Assembly (NCBI RefSeq): GCF_030028105.1
Contig: NC_092379.1
Location: forward strand, 27,831,821-27,895,820
Reading direction: 5' to 3'
Source of the DNA: Mobula birostris
Taxonomy: Eukaryota
DNA length: 64,000 nucleotides
This document shows, piece after piece, positions 39,246-52,587 of this stretch (position 1 is the stretch's first letter; every line of letters starts with the position of its first letter). The translations under genes and the position numbers were made by a program. The notes beneath the pieces were generated by a model. The model saw only the letters and a list, made by a program, of their open reading frames with translations. It was not told the DNA's origin and ran no database searches.

Positions 39246-40043
39246 CACTTTCGCAAAGGGATTTCGCTAGAGGGCGAACAAACCAAGGGGAACACAAATT
39301 CCTCTTTAACCATGAGAGCAATTGCTTTCGCATAGTTATTGTTTCGGAATGTTTCTGTCCAGTATGGCTGAAATGAGAAAAAAAAAACATTCCAGATATG
39401 TCTGATACTACACATTGTATGATAATTCAAGATCGCTTGCATTCTAGCCGATTATGAAGGGCACCCAGTACAGTCCGAGGATCATACCTTGTATTTCACC
39501 GTTGCAAAATCACAACATTCCTTTTTGATCTCTGCGGCTTGTGAGTCACTTATCAAAATCTGTGGAAAACGTCCTGTGGGACGGTACGACATCATCTCCT
39601 GCTGAACGAATACAGGAAAAGAGAAGTCCATCTGGTTTTATTTATTTATTTCTGAGTCTGTACCTCAGAAAATAGGTGCGTGACTAATTCATGCAAATTA
39701 GGCAGGAATTACGCCGACTAATCTCAGCATTGTGCGAAAGGAGATATTGTGTTTTTTTTTTCATCTTGACATATATATCTACGTATATCTATCGATTCTT
39801 AATGTACATCAGTTTGATGTTGAACAACTTGATCATTGGGAATTTTCAACCCAGGTTTATCAGAAAAAAAGAGCACTTCATAAGCTGCGAGAGATTTGTC
39901 CGTCATCAGTTAGAGATACATTTCTCATTTTTAGTTCACATGACAATTATACAAGACAGAAACGCTAGGAAAACCAAACAGGCCTAGAAGCTTCTGCGAA
40001 AATCGAAGAATGAGCAGTCCCAGTAAGCGAATTACTTATGCTT

Positions 40044-40059
40044 TGCTGCCATCTGGTGG
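40044..40059 (-). promoter_or_regulatory. CTCF-binding-element-like motif upstream of V3
   Basis: The reverse complement reads CCACCAGATGGCAGCA, ~630 bp 5' of the leader ATG. Confidence 0.65.
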
Positions 40060-40685
40060 AATATATCATCCTGAGTTTTGGCGATGCTGCATGAGTCTCA
40101 GGAACTCCTTCACGTCTCAACAGCCTATAAATAAGCAATCACAACTTTCATCAGCCGAATTAATTGGTAAGTTATTCAGCGAAAAGCTACCTGTACAGAC
40201 TGCATATGGACAGGTCAAAATACCGTGCTTGTTCATTTCTGCCATTCAGATCAACTCTGGAGCCGCTACGTTCTGCCAGAAATCCACGTCAGAGAAGAGT
40301 AAAGACTGTTGTTGCATCTTATGCTCCTACGCTTCGCTACCTGGCCATTTATTCTGCTCGCATCCTCTGCCTCGATGAGCAAGCACAATTTATTGACAGT
40401 CTTCTTCATGAATGTTGACGTCTGACCGCAGTCGCTTCACCTTTCAGTGGCGCTGCGCTATTAATGACATCTCACAAAATGTTTGCTTCCTTTGTTCTGC
40501 TCTTCTGCGATCGCATCTGCAAATTTTCATTTCCTGCATTGCGTGTGAATGTTTTTTTTCCTATTGTGTCTTTGGAGAGCGTTGCCTGTTGTGATTGGTC
40601 GGTTTGGCCAAGGTATGTATATTTCTGCTCTGGTAATGAGTCTCCACTCTGTGGTCACGGAATGACAGACTCAAACGGAATGTTT

Positions 40686-41133
40686 ATGAAGAACTGTCTG
40701 ACGCCGGTTCTGAGTATTATGTTTCTTCTAGGTAAGAAGTCCCTTCACTGTAATATTCCAGACCTCTCTGTAACTCTCTGTAACCATGTTTTTTTTTTTG
40801 CAGTGTAAGTAACCATGTGGTTCGAAGTCGAGATTATGATCTATTGATTATTTTTCTGATAGACTGAATAACAATAACGATCGATGAAGAAAGTAATATT
40901 ACTCTAAACTGTACTTTACAAACAAGCAATGTACTCCCAAATGTGTTTTGGTACAGGCAGCGCACCAGAAAAAGACCACAGTATTTGATTCGGATTAACA
41001 CAGAAAAAGTATACCGCAATGAAAAAGTAACTAAAAGATTATTTGCTTCCTATGATAAAATATATATATACCGAACTATCGATTCACAACACCATAATCT
41101 CGGACTCGGCCACATACCTCTGCGAGATGAGCC
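40686..41133 (+). pseudogene. TRAV: V3: TCR V pseudogene
   Basis: Leader MKNCLTPVLSIMFLLG|gtaag is intact (40686-40731). The V exon starts at 40863 with an immediate in-frame TGA and a ~30-nt FR1 deletion. There is a 2-nt frameshift in a (TA)n tract near 41060. LNC...FWYRQ and the YLC codons are still recognisable. Confidence 0.92.
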
Positions 41134-41172
41134 CACGGTGTTTACAGATCTGAATTATCTCGAACAAAAACC
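41134..41172 (+). other. 23-RSS of pseudogene V3 (variant heptamer)
   Basis: CACGGTG + 23 nt + ACAAAAACC. Confidence 0.92.
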
Positions 41173-43390
41173 CTCTTTCTCAGTTTCTTATGGAGCTGAA
41201 TAGAGGGCGAACAAATCAAACCGAACGTAAATACTGAGTGAAGTCCAGAGGCTTCGCCCAATATTTCTCTCCCCAGTGAAGTATTGACATGACAACTACA
41301 GTGGATGTGTTTACTCTTGAATGGCTGTAACTGTGATCGAAACCCATTAATCTTGAATGATTCCTCTGTGTACCTAATTTCTCTGGATATTCACAATTCG
41401 CATCTGAGGCTTCCACCATCATCATTACCGATTCATTAATCTTTTTAAGGGTTATTTTAACAGAGAAAGTGACTAAGTTTTGGCACAAAAATAGCACATG
41501 TAGCAAGTAACATTCTTGAAAACGCTGAAGAAGGTTTCATGTGGCTTTTGATTTCAGTCAGTGATTTAATCACACTTTGGTGGATTGTTGTGCTCTATGT
41601 CGTTGACTTTAATTGGTACACAAGAGGCTTACGTATTTTAACACCAGCATCAGATTGTTTACGACATAAGCAAATGCTGGCTGTAATTGATTCGCCGTTT
41701 TCTTGTTCAAAGTTGCTTCTAGCGGTTATTCCAGATCACAATTTATTGTGTTTACCAGAAGTTTTTATATCGTTTCCATGCAAATAAGATAAAGGTGGCA
41801 ATATATTTGGATTGACCACAACAGCAGTATTTTTCCCTTTCAGGGAACTTCTGTGGACCCTCACCGCGAGTTACACACTGACTTCTGTTCTTTGCGGGAA
41901 TGAGACAGCTCTCGGAGTGTCACGACAAGCCGGTATTCGATATTCAGCTCGCTTTCGCAGTTTTGGTATTTCAATTCTCTAGAGGTGAGCAGCGACTAAG
42001 TTGGTGCCTCTGTGCCGTAGGAGATGAAAGAACTCTGGTTGTGTGCAAAGAAAACCGAGATCTTTGGGCACAGAGCTCGGAGAATCTGCCGGAAAGAACG
42101 TTTAATATCGTAAATCAGCGAGTTGTTTGTTATGTCTCTCCTCTCGGTGGGTACAGCAGACATCGGAGAGGGGGGATCACTGCGCTGCTCCTTTTACGCG
42201 TGGATGAGCGGACCTGGGTGGGGATTTGGGGTTCTACCATTCAATGGATAATCATTCGTTGGGACACTCCTCTGTTTTCCTGGATGCTTGCGAAAAAAAA
42301 AAAAATAATAATTTCCGGATGTATAATATATACATTTATCTGACATTAAATATACCTTTGAAACATTTGAAAATTAATTCCGAGCAACGTTAACGCCATG
42401 CGTCTTAATTGAGTGGAGCTTTTTAGTTGTATTTACAACGCTTACAGTAAGAGCCTGTAAGCAACTTAGTATTCACGTTTTAGCCTGTAGTAAATCCGTC
42501 AAATGTACTGAATATTTTGAATGAAATCACAGCGCTTATTAACTCAAATCGCCTTAATGGATATGCACGATCATTTGTTATTAATATCTCAGTCGAACGT
42601 AAAGTGTACTTTCACATTTTATGGGTAGTCATCTCATATGTCCTAAAATTGCCGCTTCTGTATTCTATCCTTCAATTGACAATTACACCCTATCATCACA
42701 AGACACTGCACTGGTCATTTCGATGAATTCGACTACACATCTTCGCCTCGCAGATTGCCCTGGTGTCTATACATTGAATTTGCCTATATATTGCGACATG
42801 AGTAATAAGCACCTTCAATCCTAAATCAAACACTTTGTGCTGGGAAGCTCTATTTTTGTGCTTTGGCAAAATAAGTAGTAAGTAGTGTTGAGCTTATCAT
42901 TCCAATCCAAGAAATAAAATTAAAGACGTAGCCTTTCCACATTGTTTTAACCAAATGCCGGACAATATTTTTTGTCAGATCCCATGTCTGCAGCGTTTGC
43001 CTAACTGAACAAGCGATTTTATCACCGTCATCAATCCGACAGAGGCCTCTTCCTCCAGTCCAGTCATTACTAACATGGGTTGTGTCATTCCCGCCTTTAT
43101 ATAAGGACACCACACTGCTCATGTTTGACCGTATAGCCGTTGTGCTCATACCTCAAGTGTGCTGCACCTCGTTTAAACATTATTATTAATATCAAGGGTG
43201 TCCATATTCAATTAGTGCATGCAGCAGGACCCAGGTAGTGAAAGTGAGCACGCATTTTTTTGCATTTCTCTCTCAAATAGTTTTACTCCGAATGCAAAAT
43301 TCGAGGCTAACGGAAACACCATGAAGTAGCGCTTTCCGACGAACAATAAATATTCTGGTAAACTCGACAAGAGCTTAACGTAAAGCACCA
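41173..43390 (+). repeat. Downstream-of-V module (copy after V3); paralogs at 53102-56330 and 59596-62080
   Basis: Shared blocks such as ..ttgatttcagtca.., ataagataaag..gcaatatattt.gattgac.ac, ..attaatatctca..tga.. and ..cctcctccagtcc.gtcattact... Confidence 0.8.
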
Positions 43391-43399
43391 TACACTATA

Positions 43400-45150
43400 C
43401 ATCACACATCGTCCGAGTACATATCCGATTCAGGGCGGAGTGGGGTGCGGTATAACCGTTTCTATTGTTGGTTCTTCAGTCTCCACATGATGCTGCAGAA
43501 CCCTCTTGCTATGTTTATGGTCAAGGCCAGGTTCTGGGTCAACACGCACTTCTTGCCCCAGAAGCAGAAGGTAGTTCCGATAGAGAATATTGACTGGCAC
43601 ATCCCTATCCTCTGGTTTCATCTGGAAAACTGGAACGTTTGGCACCTTACTCTGCACTACACTGGTCGTAGCCGTCAAGCGGTCAGACAAATTATGCTTT
43701 CCAGGCAGCCCCAAATTCTTTATGCGGCGTCAGTCTCCAGGCTCGAGTTGGGAGAGCCTCACCTTTTCGTCATAGCTCCTCCCATTTCCTTGATTATGCT
43801 ATATGCTGCGATTTCAGCTAATCCCTAAGCATTTTGCAGCTCCCTTCTCATATGAGGCACATACTTCTGCTCTCTTCGGCTGTAAATGAAAATGAAATAC
43901 TTCTCCTGTAACACCTTGAGCACAGCGGACACCCGAATATCCTTGCATATCAGGTGTAGTCATCCGTAACGACTAAGTCATTTCCAATGTTGCTGGCATA
44001 TGAATCTATCGACAGAAGATATAGACACACCAGGTTAAGTGGTCCGCACACTTCAAGTACGACAACGGAACGGCCCTCGCAGGCAGCGTCTTCCTCCGTA
44101 CACTTCGAATGCAGAACTCGCAGGACTCTGCGACCCTTGATTCAATCAGCGTCAGTAGAACCGATATCAGAAAAATCCATTGTTCTTGTCAACCCGCAAA
44201 TAACCAGAACAATCACAATGAGATTTCAATAGAATCCTCCGATACTTCTCAGGCAGAACCGGCTGGGAACACTGATATCGGTGGGGAGGGGACGTGACCG
44301 GATAAAAGATCTAGTTTATCAACCGCAGTCTTGGTCATTCTCTACGTGATCGAGTCACTACAAAGGATTTCGTCCTGTCGCCTGGGCCATGTTCTTTTTC
44401 GCAACTGCTAACCAATCGTTACCGATGCCCGTGTCCTCTGGTTGAGCAGATGTTACATCGCCAGGATTCAATTCCGGAAACTGGAAATTCAGAGCACTCA
44501 GCGTGCATTAAGGTTCTGCAATGGCACCATCAGAAGTCCCCAATTGATCTACCGCTCGATTGGCCCCTGTTTTTTCACCGCCTTGACCTTGGTGGAAAAC
44601 GAAACCATAGCTTTCACTCCAGGGGCAGGAGCACTCCGCCACTCTCCGTCTTTATCTAGCCCTTAATACGGACGTCGGGACAACGCATCGGCAACAATGT
44701 TCCTTCTTCTTGGCCGCTATTTCAGGCTGAAATCAAGAGCATCCAATTTCGCGTCAGTGAAATATCCGTTAAATGTTTGTTGTCCGTCCTCGCCTCACAC
44801 TTGGCATCATGGGCGTCGTCACTTAAGTTATGCTCCGCAGCCCATTTCAAAGCCAAGAATTCCAACTTGTGTGTTAGATGGGTTCTTTTTATTTTCTCAG
44901 AGGGAGACATACTCCGATTTACAAATGCGACTAGTTTCTACCCTGTGGCTTGATCCTGACATACAACACACCGGAAGCCCTCAATGCTGCATCTTATGCA
45001 GTACGTACGTCAATCGGGAGCCCGTAAAAGTCAGCGTAGGCGTATTGGTCAGCAGCTCCTTCAACGACTGAAATGCCTATTCACATTTCGCAAACCATTA
45101 CCCTGTAAATTATTCCGAAGGATGAAGATAATATTTACCATCCACTCATT
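43400..45150 (-). mobile_element. Decayed Ty3/Gypsy pol remnant (RT connection, RNase H, integrase)
   Basis: AFQSLKELLT..P.L.F; SPSEK....THKLEFLALKWA...RTDN (RNase H); IVADALSRRP; an integrase zinc-finger/core remnant; NLGLPGKHNLSDR...VPVFQMKPED..VNILYRNYLLLLGQEV (integrase C-terminus). Confidence 0.85.
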
Positions 45151-45639
45151 TTCTCATTCTTCCTTTTGTCCCCGAGGGAGGGTAACGCACAGAAGCTGAT
45201 TAGCAGAATAACTCACTCTAAAGTAATCCTTCATGAACCTCCGATACTACCCGCGGAAACTCAATAAAAAAACGCAGGGACGTCACAGTTGGGGACTTGG
45301 CTAGCCGTTCCCTGTATCTGTTTTAGATGGATCAATAGCTACTCCATCCTAGAGACTATGGTGTGACAGGCGTGACAGACTTATCATCCTGACTTTGAAA
45401 ACTACCATTTCAAATGAACAGTCCATCAGAATGAAATTCTTTTACTCAACTTTCAGTAGCTATGTGAAAAAGATAAGTGTTATTCATTCTGCCCAGTGTA
45501 ACAGGACGTTCTTTGCTCTGATATATTACCGGTGGATAGGAAGCGGGGCAGCCAAATATGCACAATATCAACGGAGCATTCCGAAACACTATATCCTGGG
45601 CTTAAAGATAAGAGGAGCCGAAAGCTGGAATGGCTGGAT

Positions 45640-47070
45640 ATGCTAGTAGTATATTTAAATGGATCATATTGTAAGTTTCTGAGAAATTACTCCTTGTTTA
45701 TCATGTAATTTTGTCAGGTGTACTGACTGGATTCCAAGGTTGTGAAGCCGAGGGGTGGTAGTGGGGACTAGCTCCCACTACTTAAAAGCGCTCCTCAAGA
45801 TACCCGCCTCAAATAGCCTCTGACAACCAAGTTCAACTCCTGGCCCTCTCGTGTTCCTTAGCCTCTAAGCCTGGCGGAACTGTTTCTACTGACAGAAGAA
45901 TGGGCTAAGGTGGGTCTTAGTGCCTTAAAACTAGTGCTTCGGGTAAATGGAGCTCGTAAGCTTGGGAAGGCACTCCATCTAAAGGAGGCAAAACCCTGAT
46001 TTCAAAGCTCCGCTGCATTGCAGCCATATCCAATCATGTAAAAGGTTTCGGGTGTAAACCCTGAGGACAAATCCGGAGCTGAAGGAATTACTCACTCCGA
46101 TGAATGTTTGTCAGTACACAGAGAATGTGGCTGAAATGCCGACTATTTTGTAAAGAGACCTAGGAACAGAAAACATCTTGAACCAACAGAAGGAATTTTC
46201 TGCTTAACTCATAAAAAGTACAGATTTCCTTTCCTGTTCTCCTCAATCTACATAAATTCATCTTGATCTTATTTGTCTTGGATTTGCACAACATCGGCCA
46301 CATCATAACTGACTGTGCCTAAGTACCTAAGTTCGTTAAAGTTCTATACGAGCGTGCAAGGGTTGGTACAGAAACTGTGTGTTTCAAGTAAATGTTTACC
46401 TGAGTTGATAAAAAAAATCTTGAGCTATTTTCATTGAACATATTGTTTGTTAATTCCCCGTTTCGAAAATTCGTAATAATCGTCAACTGAAACAGAAGAA
46501 ACTGGGCCCCATAGTCACCAACAACTGGAATGTATTGTATTCCTTATGTTGGGATTATTTTACGTGCAACTGTCCACTACAATATGTATCACCATTGGTA
46601 TATTAAGCATAAACAGGGTGCGCACTTGTGTAACTCCAATACGGTCGTGATTAACGCCGTGTTGATTTGCTGTAAAACTGTTTGCTCTGAAGCTGAAATG
46701 CTAGGTTTGTCGTTTATACGATAAAAATGCAAAAAAAAAAAAAAGGTTCGAACTTCTAGCAGCCCACCACGGAAGCTGTTGCAATACAGATTTACATGGT
46801 ATCATAGCGAAATTTCCTGCCCCGGCATCAAATGACAATGAACTGGTCGAACGCGTGAACGACCGTGTGCTAAGAGAGAAATGCTTTTGTAATTCAACGA
46901 CAAGCAAAGTTGCAGCCCACTGTCGCGTGGAGGAATCTTACAGTGGGAGAAATATCGAGAAACCAGCTGAACTACTGTAGTGTCGATTGCCAGGAAATCA
47001 GCACTAACTTCCAAAATATACGGTGATGACGAGAGGCCGCAAACATTTTGGGAAAGATTTCGGTTGCCTC
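45640..47070 (-). pseudogene. Highly decayed GPR139/142-like GPCR pseudogene (copy 2), with an RTE fragment inserted near its 3' end
   Basis: Minus strand gives CGLS (TGCGGCCTCTCG, ~47035), SADFLAIDTTV (TM2) and TVVHAFDQFIVI*CRGRKFRYDTM*ICIATASVVGC (TM3-TM4, stop at 46828-46830). There is a TM6-like ENRK..FLLL remnant near 46200. Confidence 0.62.
45715..46085 (+). mobile_element. Probable RTE-clade LINE 5' fragment
   Basis: ..ggaggcaaaaccctgatttcaaagctccgctgc.. resembles RTE 5' regions as I recall them; it is absent from the paralogous segment near 24780. Confidence 0.4.
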
Positions 47071-48175
47071 GTGTTTCATAAAAAAACAGAGAAAGGTCAA
47101 ACAGCTACACAGTAGCGTACTGATTAGCACAACGTTCTACTATACCTATGAGACGTATTCAATTCGCAACACTGCTTGTCAGGAGGTTGAACTTTCACAG
47201 CGGAACGCGTGGGATTTAAGTCAAATGCTCCGGTGCCTAAAGTCTGGCTGGATTTGGTAATCTGATTGGTTATTGTAAACTGTAACATAATTAGGCTCGG
47301 ATTTAATTAGTGTATTGACGGGCTGCCAGCAACGACGTACAGAAAGGGAACATTCCTCACTGTATCTCAAATACAGAAGAAATCAAACAGATAAGCACCT
47401 AAGTAGGTAAATTGAACAGGTCTGCCCTGTAAAGCATATGTTCGATGCGAAGTCCGGATGACTTTGGATTTTAAACAAATACAACGATTATAGTTGGCTG
47501 ATAAATTATACTAAATGCTCATGTTCACTGTAATTTGCAGAACCGATGAAATTCTTTAAAATGCATGTCCGGAGATTCTTCAAAACTGCATCTATTGCTG
47601 AATCCCTTTCGTGTGAAGAGGAAAAATCAAAATTCACTAGAACAACATATCCAATTTCACGCCCATTATTTGACCACATTTGAATTGATTTCTGCACAGT
47701 GTTCACAGTGAAGTTGCACGAGTATAATTATGTCAGAAGCAGGCATTGATTGCTCCTCAGTTGCACAATTGTTATGTTACACTCGCAAGACTCCGTGTCT
47801 AGCGTTAAAAATCTCTTAACAACATGAAACAACTGAGTTTGCGATAGGCTTTCGATTTCAAACGCCCTTTTTCAACAGAAATTCTGTATATTTTTGTACG
47901 TCTTGAATGCTGAGCTTTGATTTCTTAATGTCAGCTGAGGGATGCAATGCGGACATTGCTTATTGAAACGTTATTTTTTAACATTTCAATAATGACCCAC
48001 AAAATACCAGACACACAATATTATTCGGACGGAGAGTGATGCTGCCGAGGGAACAAGTGATTAAACAGTATATTTCGCCTGTCTGGAAGTCAGATTAACT
48101 GTCGATTTAAGAATCGCCTTTCAATGTTGTTGAATAGTCTCATCCTCACTGGATCACGTTGAGTCATTTTTGCAT

Positions 48176-49048
48176 TGTTATTGTTGTTTGGTCGGCAACA
48201 ATGAATATATCAAATGAGTCAGGGCTTTATGAAAACACTCAAACATTTATTAAACTCTGCTCAACAATAGCGAAAAGTAGACAAACGACAAACTTAACTG
48301 GAAGTTAACTGCTATACGGCAACTCTGGAAGAGTTCTTAAAAGGGTAAGTACAAAAACAGTAAATTCGAACACAGTTTTAAAATGGCAAATTCGAAAGTC
48401 CGAGTGATTTATACAGTCGATAAGGAGAAACTTCTCTGGAAACGGATTTCTTCGATGACGTGGCGTTACTGCTGATTCTACAAATGATTCACCACGAAGG
48501 GAATAAAACGGCTAGAAGGAACTGACATTTTCTAGCGAGTGAATCCTGGACAAACTTCACTGCTCTTGCAGGAGTTATCTCAGATACAGGTCACCATATT
48601 CTGAACGAATTCTCTGTAATGTCTATCGTTCTTTAAACCGCCGAACTTTATTCCGATCCTTCAGGATACCGTCCTTTAGTAAGGTCTTCGTTCTCCAATA
48701 CTAATGCAAAGGTAAATCAAAGATACACCAACAAATGTGGCAGCGATTGGCGAAACTGCCGGCACAATAATTCTGTACCTTACAATCGAAAGTAAAACTC
48801 CGGAGAACTGACGATCTAAACTGACAACTCAATTGAAAAGCTAACTGTGTCACACCAGGGGTCTCCCATTTATACCTGTTATGAACATGTCATCACGTGA
48901 CGTCACACTGGCGGGAAAATTACATCACCCCACCATCGCAAGACCATTGCATCATGGTCATAAGATACTCAATTACATCATTATCTTAAGAAATTCTTTT
49001 ACATCATGGTCATAAGACAGTCACAAGATAACAATCAGATATGTAACA
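48176..49048 (-). mobile_element. Solo LTR-like insertion
   Basis: TGTTA...TAACA termini; flanks gcat/tcat; absent from the paralog near 35680. Confidence 0.6.
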
Positions 49049-51354
49049 TCATGATGAGATGAAGTATCTGCTAAATTGTTATAAAAGCAATTACTTTTTA
49101 TTTGTGTGCTTGCGTGGGTATTTATTGTTATCTCTTTATCTACAGAACTATATATCTAGCTGTTTGTCTGTGCTATAATTTCTTGTTTTATTTTTAAAAC
49201 TTTATATTTATTTATTTACTCACCTTTTTAGTTGTTTATTCCTTTAGCTATTAGTGTTACTTGTCCAGTGTTGTTCATTTATTATCTGATAATTGTTTAT
49301 TTATGAAATGTTTATTCAAAACCAGGGTAGACTTGGAGTACAAAACCATAAAATGTCGGCTACAATTTATATTTCATACACACTCCCTTTTGGACTTCTG
49401 GAGAAAAAAAAAATAAGGTCGACATCGTATGTAAAAGCAACTTGATTACGTTAATATTTTATTGAGAATTAACTTGAAGGTATTTCCCAGCTGATCGGTA
49501 GATTTTGCTAAATCAACAGGGAAAAAAATATATATGTTTGTAGTATTTAGATGTAATTTAAACAATTGATTCTAAACCGAGGAAAATTATTCATTTCCCG
49601 ATTGAGTTGATTCACGATTATTTCATTTGGGACTCTGCCATGAACTGATACAAAGACATTTTTCCCCCGCGAGCTCGTTATTATAGCTAACAATAGATAA
49701 AGGAAGACACACCTCATCTAAATGTATGGACACATTAAACTTGTTTTCCTCTTTTTCTGACTTATTGAGATAGAATGCTTCGTCAACACAGAAAATGAAA
49801 CAGTCACAAGGCCCACGGGTATTTACTCTATTTATATATATATATATTATTTTCATTTTCCACATCTGCCCGAATTCATTTCCTATCTCAGACAATATAT
49901 GAAACCCGTGATTAAAATTGCTCCAATATCGCGTTAAGCGACATTATTGCAGCGAAAACAACAAATCTCACGATGCAAACATTCTGACGAGGCCTGATCA
50001 TATAAGGTTAAGTTCAGTGTATTAGTTAATGTTCTGTTAATGCTGCATGTCTCTTTAACAACTGTTTTAAGACCTGGATCTCCGTTGCACTCTGGTCACT
50101 CATTCTGCAGTTTAGACTAGTTCGTAATAGTTTGGAACAGATAATTAGTTGTATGATAAATATCATGAAGTCATCTTCGCTCTGCACAGATGCTGTTTAA
50201 TCTTGTGGATGTTTATTTTACGTTCACATTAATTTGTGTAATTGAGGACATGGTATGTCGCATTTGCGATAGGTATACTTGAAAGTGTACAGCACTACTG
50301 ATTTTAAACTTGTTGTATTAATCGTAACCATGCAAGTCCTTCTATGCAATCTTGTTTAATGTAGCACAAACTCAATCCATATTGCAGCAACATCTCTGAT
50401 ACTGGGCCTTGCGTCTGCTTTCACTGTGGTCGTCTGATAAACTCCATAATATTTATGAGCACTTTATAGCATTCACAACGTTCATATAGCCAGCTGCAGA
50501 AATAGTAAAAGACATTGGACATAAAACCGCGTCATACTAGAGCACGTGCTGATGTATTAGATTGAGTTATTGGGCAAACTATTTTGATACCCATGATAGA
50601 AAGTGCGATATGCAGCATTATCTTCCCTCGCATTAAGTAACATGAAACTAAATTAATCTGCAAACATCATGTATACAATAAATATTAATTTATTATAAAC
50701 TAGTGGTAAATACTCAGATATGTTATATTATTCTAATCTTATATTACCTCATTACCTTATATTACATATTACCTTATATATTAAAAAAAAAACATCGAGC
50801 AACAAGAACAGCTTGACCCCATTCCCTTCTAGGTCAGTTTTTTGTTTCCACATCGTATTCATAGTATTAGATCGGCGTTCAATTAAAATGATTTCAAATT
50901 CAGTTGAAAACGCTTTTGAATCAGAATATGATGACATGTGAGACACGGCAACACAACGGGTTTGGTCTGCACGTTCTAAACCATGCTTTCGAGAAGGTTA
51001 GTTTCTGAACACATCACCTGTTTAGAAGCTTCGTCACAGTCATACAATCCAGGATTAGGTTCAATACGATTGATTTTCTTTTTTTTTCCATTATGGCTCT
51101 GTTAATGGTGATATTTTTTACTTCCAATACCACAAGGTTTTAAGATAATTAAAAATCTCCTTACTCTTGCCGATGATGAACGACACAGCCAACAGTCCAA
51201 GGCCAACGCATCCCATTCCACTGTCCAAAAATGTGAGACTTGCTTTTTGATTTCAGCGACTTGACAGTCATTAATCAAAACATGTGGAAAACGTTCCCGT
51301 GGATGGTACTACATCATAATCTGATGAAAAATCGCAAAAAACATCGTTGATCTG

Positions 51355-51593
51355 TTTTTTTTTTTATAAAGCACAAACAACAGGTATTCTGCAGATGCTG
51401 GAAATTCAAGCAAAACACATCAATGTTGCTCGTGAACGCAGCAGACCAGGCAGCATCTCTAGGAAGAGGCACAGTTGACGTTTCAGGTCGAGACCCTTCG
51501 TCAGGATTGGGGTTCATTAAGTACTTTTCAAATCGCTTACTAACTCATCCTTCAATTAGTCCTGACGAAGGGTCTCTGCTTGAAAGGTCGACT
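51355..51593. mobile_element. Penelope pseudo-LTR fragments in inverted arrangement
   Basis: ttctgcagatgctggaaattc.., gcagcatctctagg.. and inverted 35-bp arms at 51472-51506 and 51560-51594. Flanked by a GTTGATCTG direct repeat (51346-51354, 51594-51602). Absent from the paralog near 39620. Confidence 0.7.
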
Positions 51594-51987
51594 GTTGATC
51601 TGGTTTTGTTGGTTTATTTCTCAGTCACTGACTCAGAAAATAGGAGCGTGAGAAATTAATTTAAATTAGGTGGAAAATTTGCTGACTAATCTCAACATTC
51701 TGGAAAGGAGGCATTGTTTCACATCCTGACATTACTATCTACGTATATCCATTGGTCTATTATATCGATGAGCTGGATCATCGGGAGTTTTCAGCCCAGG
51801 TTTACGAAAGAAGAGCTCTGCATCCAAAGCGAGACTTTTGATTGTCTGCAGTTAATAAGGAAAGTTGATTATTTTTCATTTCACATGACAATTATAAAGG
51901 ACGGAAACTTTGGGAACACTCAACTTCCGAGGAACTTCTGCAAAAATCGAGGAATGAACAGACCAAGTGCGCGAACAACTTAATCTT

Positions 51988-52003
51988 TGCTGCCATCTGG
52001 TGG
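51988..52003 (-). promoter_or_regulatory. CTCF-binding-element-like motif upstream of V4
   Basis: The reverse complement reads CCACCAGATGGCAGCA, ~585 bp 5' of the leader ATG. Confidence 0.65.
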
Positions 52004-52587
52004 AATATATCTTCTTTGCTCCTGGCAATGTTACATCTAATTAATCGGTAAGTTAATCAAGGAAAAGCTACTTTCATAGGTTGCACATGAACACGTCAAA
52101 ATACCGTACGCTGCGCAGCGTGTTAATTTCTTTATTTCAGATCAATTTTGCCGTCTCAATTCTGCCAGAAGTCCACTTCAGAGTGGAGTAAATACTGTTA
52201 TTGCATCTGTTGCTGCACCTACAGTTCGTTACACTCCCACTTCTTCTGCTTTCACCCTCTGCCTCCATGAGCAAGCGCAATTTGTTGACAGTCTTCTCCA
52301 CGAGAAAAGCCAGATGCCACGCATTCCTCCATCTTTGCGTGGCGCTGCAGTGTTTCTGTCAGCTCACAAAGTGTTTGACTCTTTTGTTATGAACTTTTGC
52401 GATCGCCTTGGCAAAATTTCACTTCCTGCACTGCGTCTGAACGTCTTTTTCTGTTGTGTCTTTAGAGATTCAACACCGTGCGCTGCCTGATGTGATTGGT
52501 CGGTTTGGACAGGGGTAGGTGTATTTCTCCTCTGGCAATGAGTTTCCACTCTGTGATCGCTGGAGTACAGAGACAAATAGAATGATT

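Larger units (their letters stand above)
24620..39400 (+). repeat. Long V cassette I (GPCR pseudogene, spacer, upstream module, V2), paralogous to 45500-53300
   Basis: Collinear matches by eye: 24930/46210, 25550/46825, 26590/47840, 35460/47915, 36330/49390, 37340/50490 and 37850/51720. The length difference is largely explained by the L1 and SINE insertions. Confidence 0.85.
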
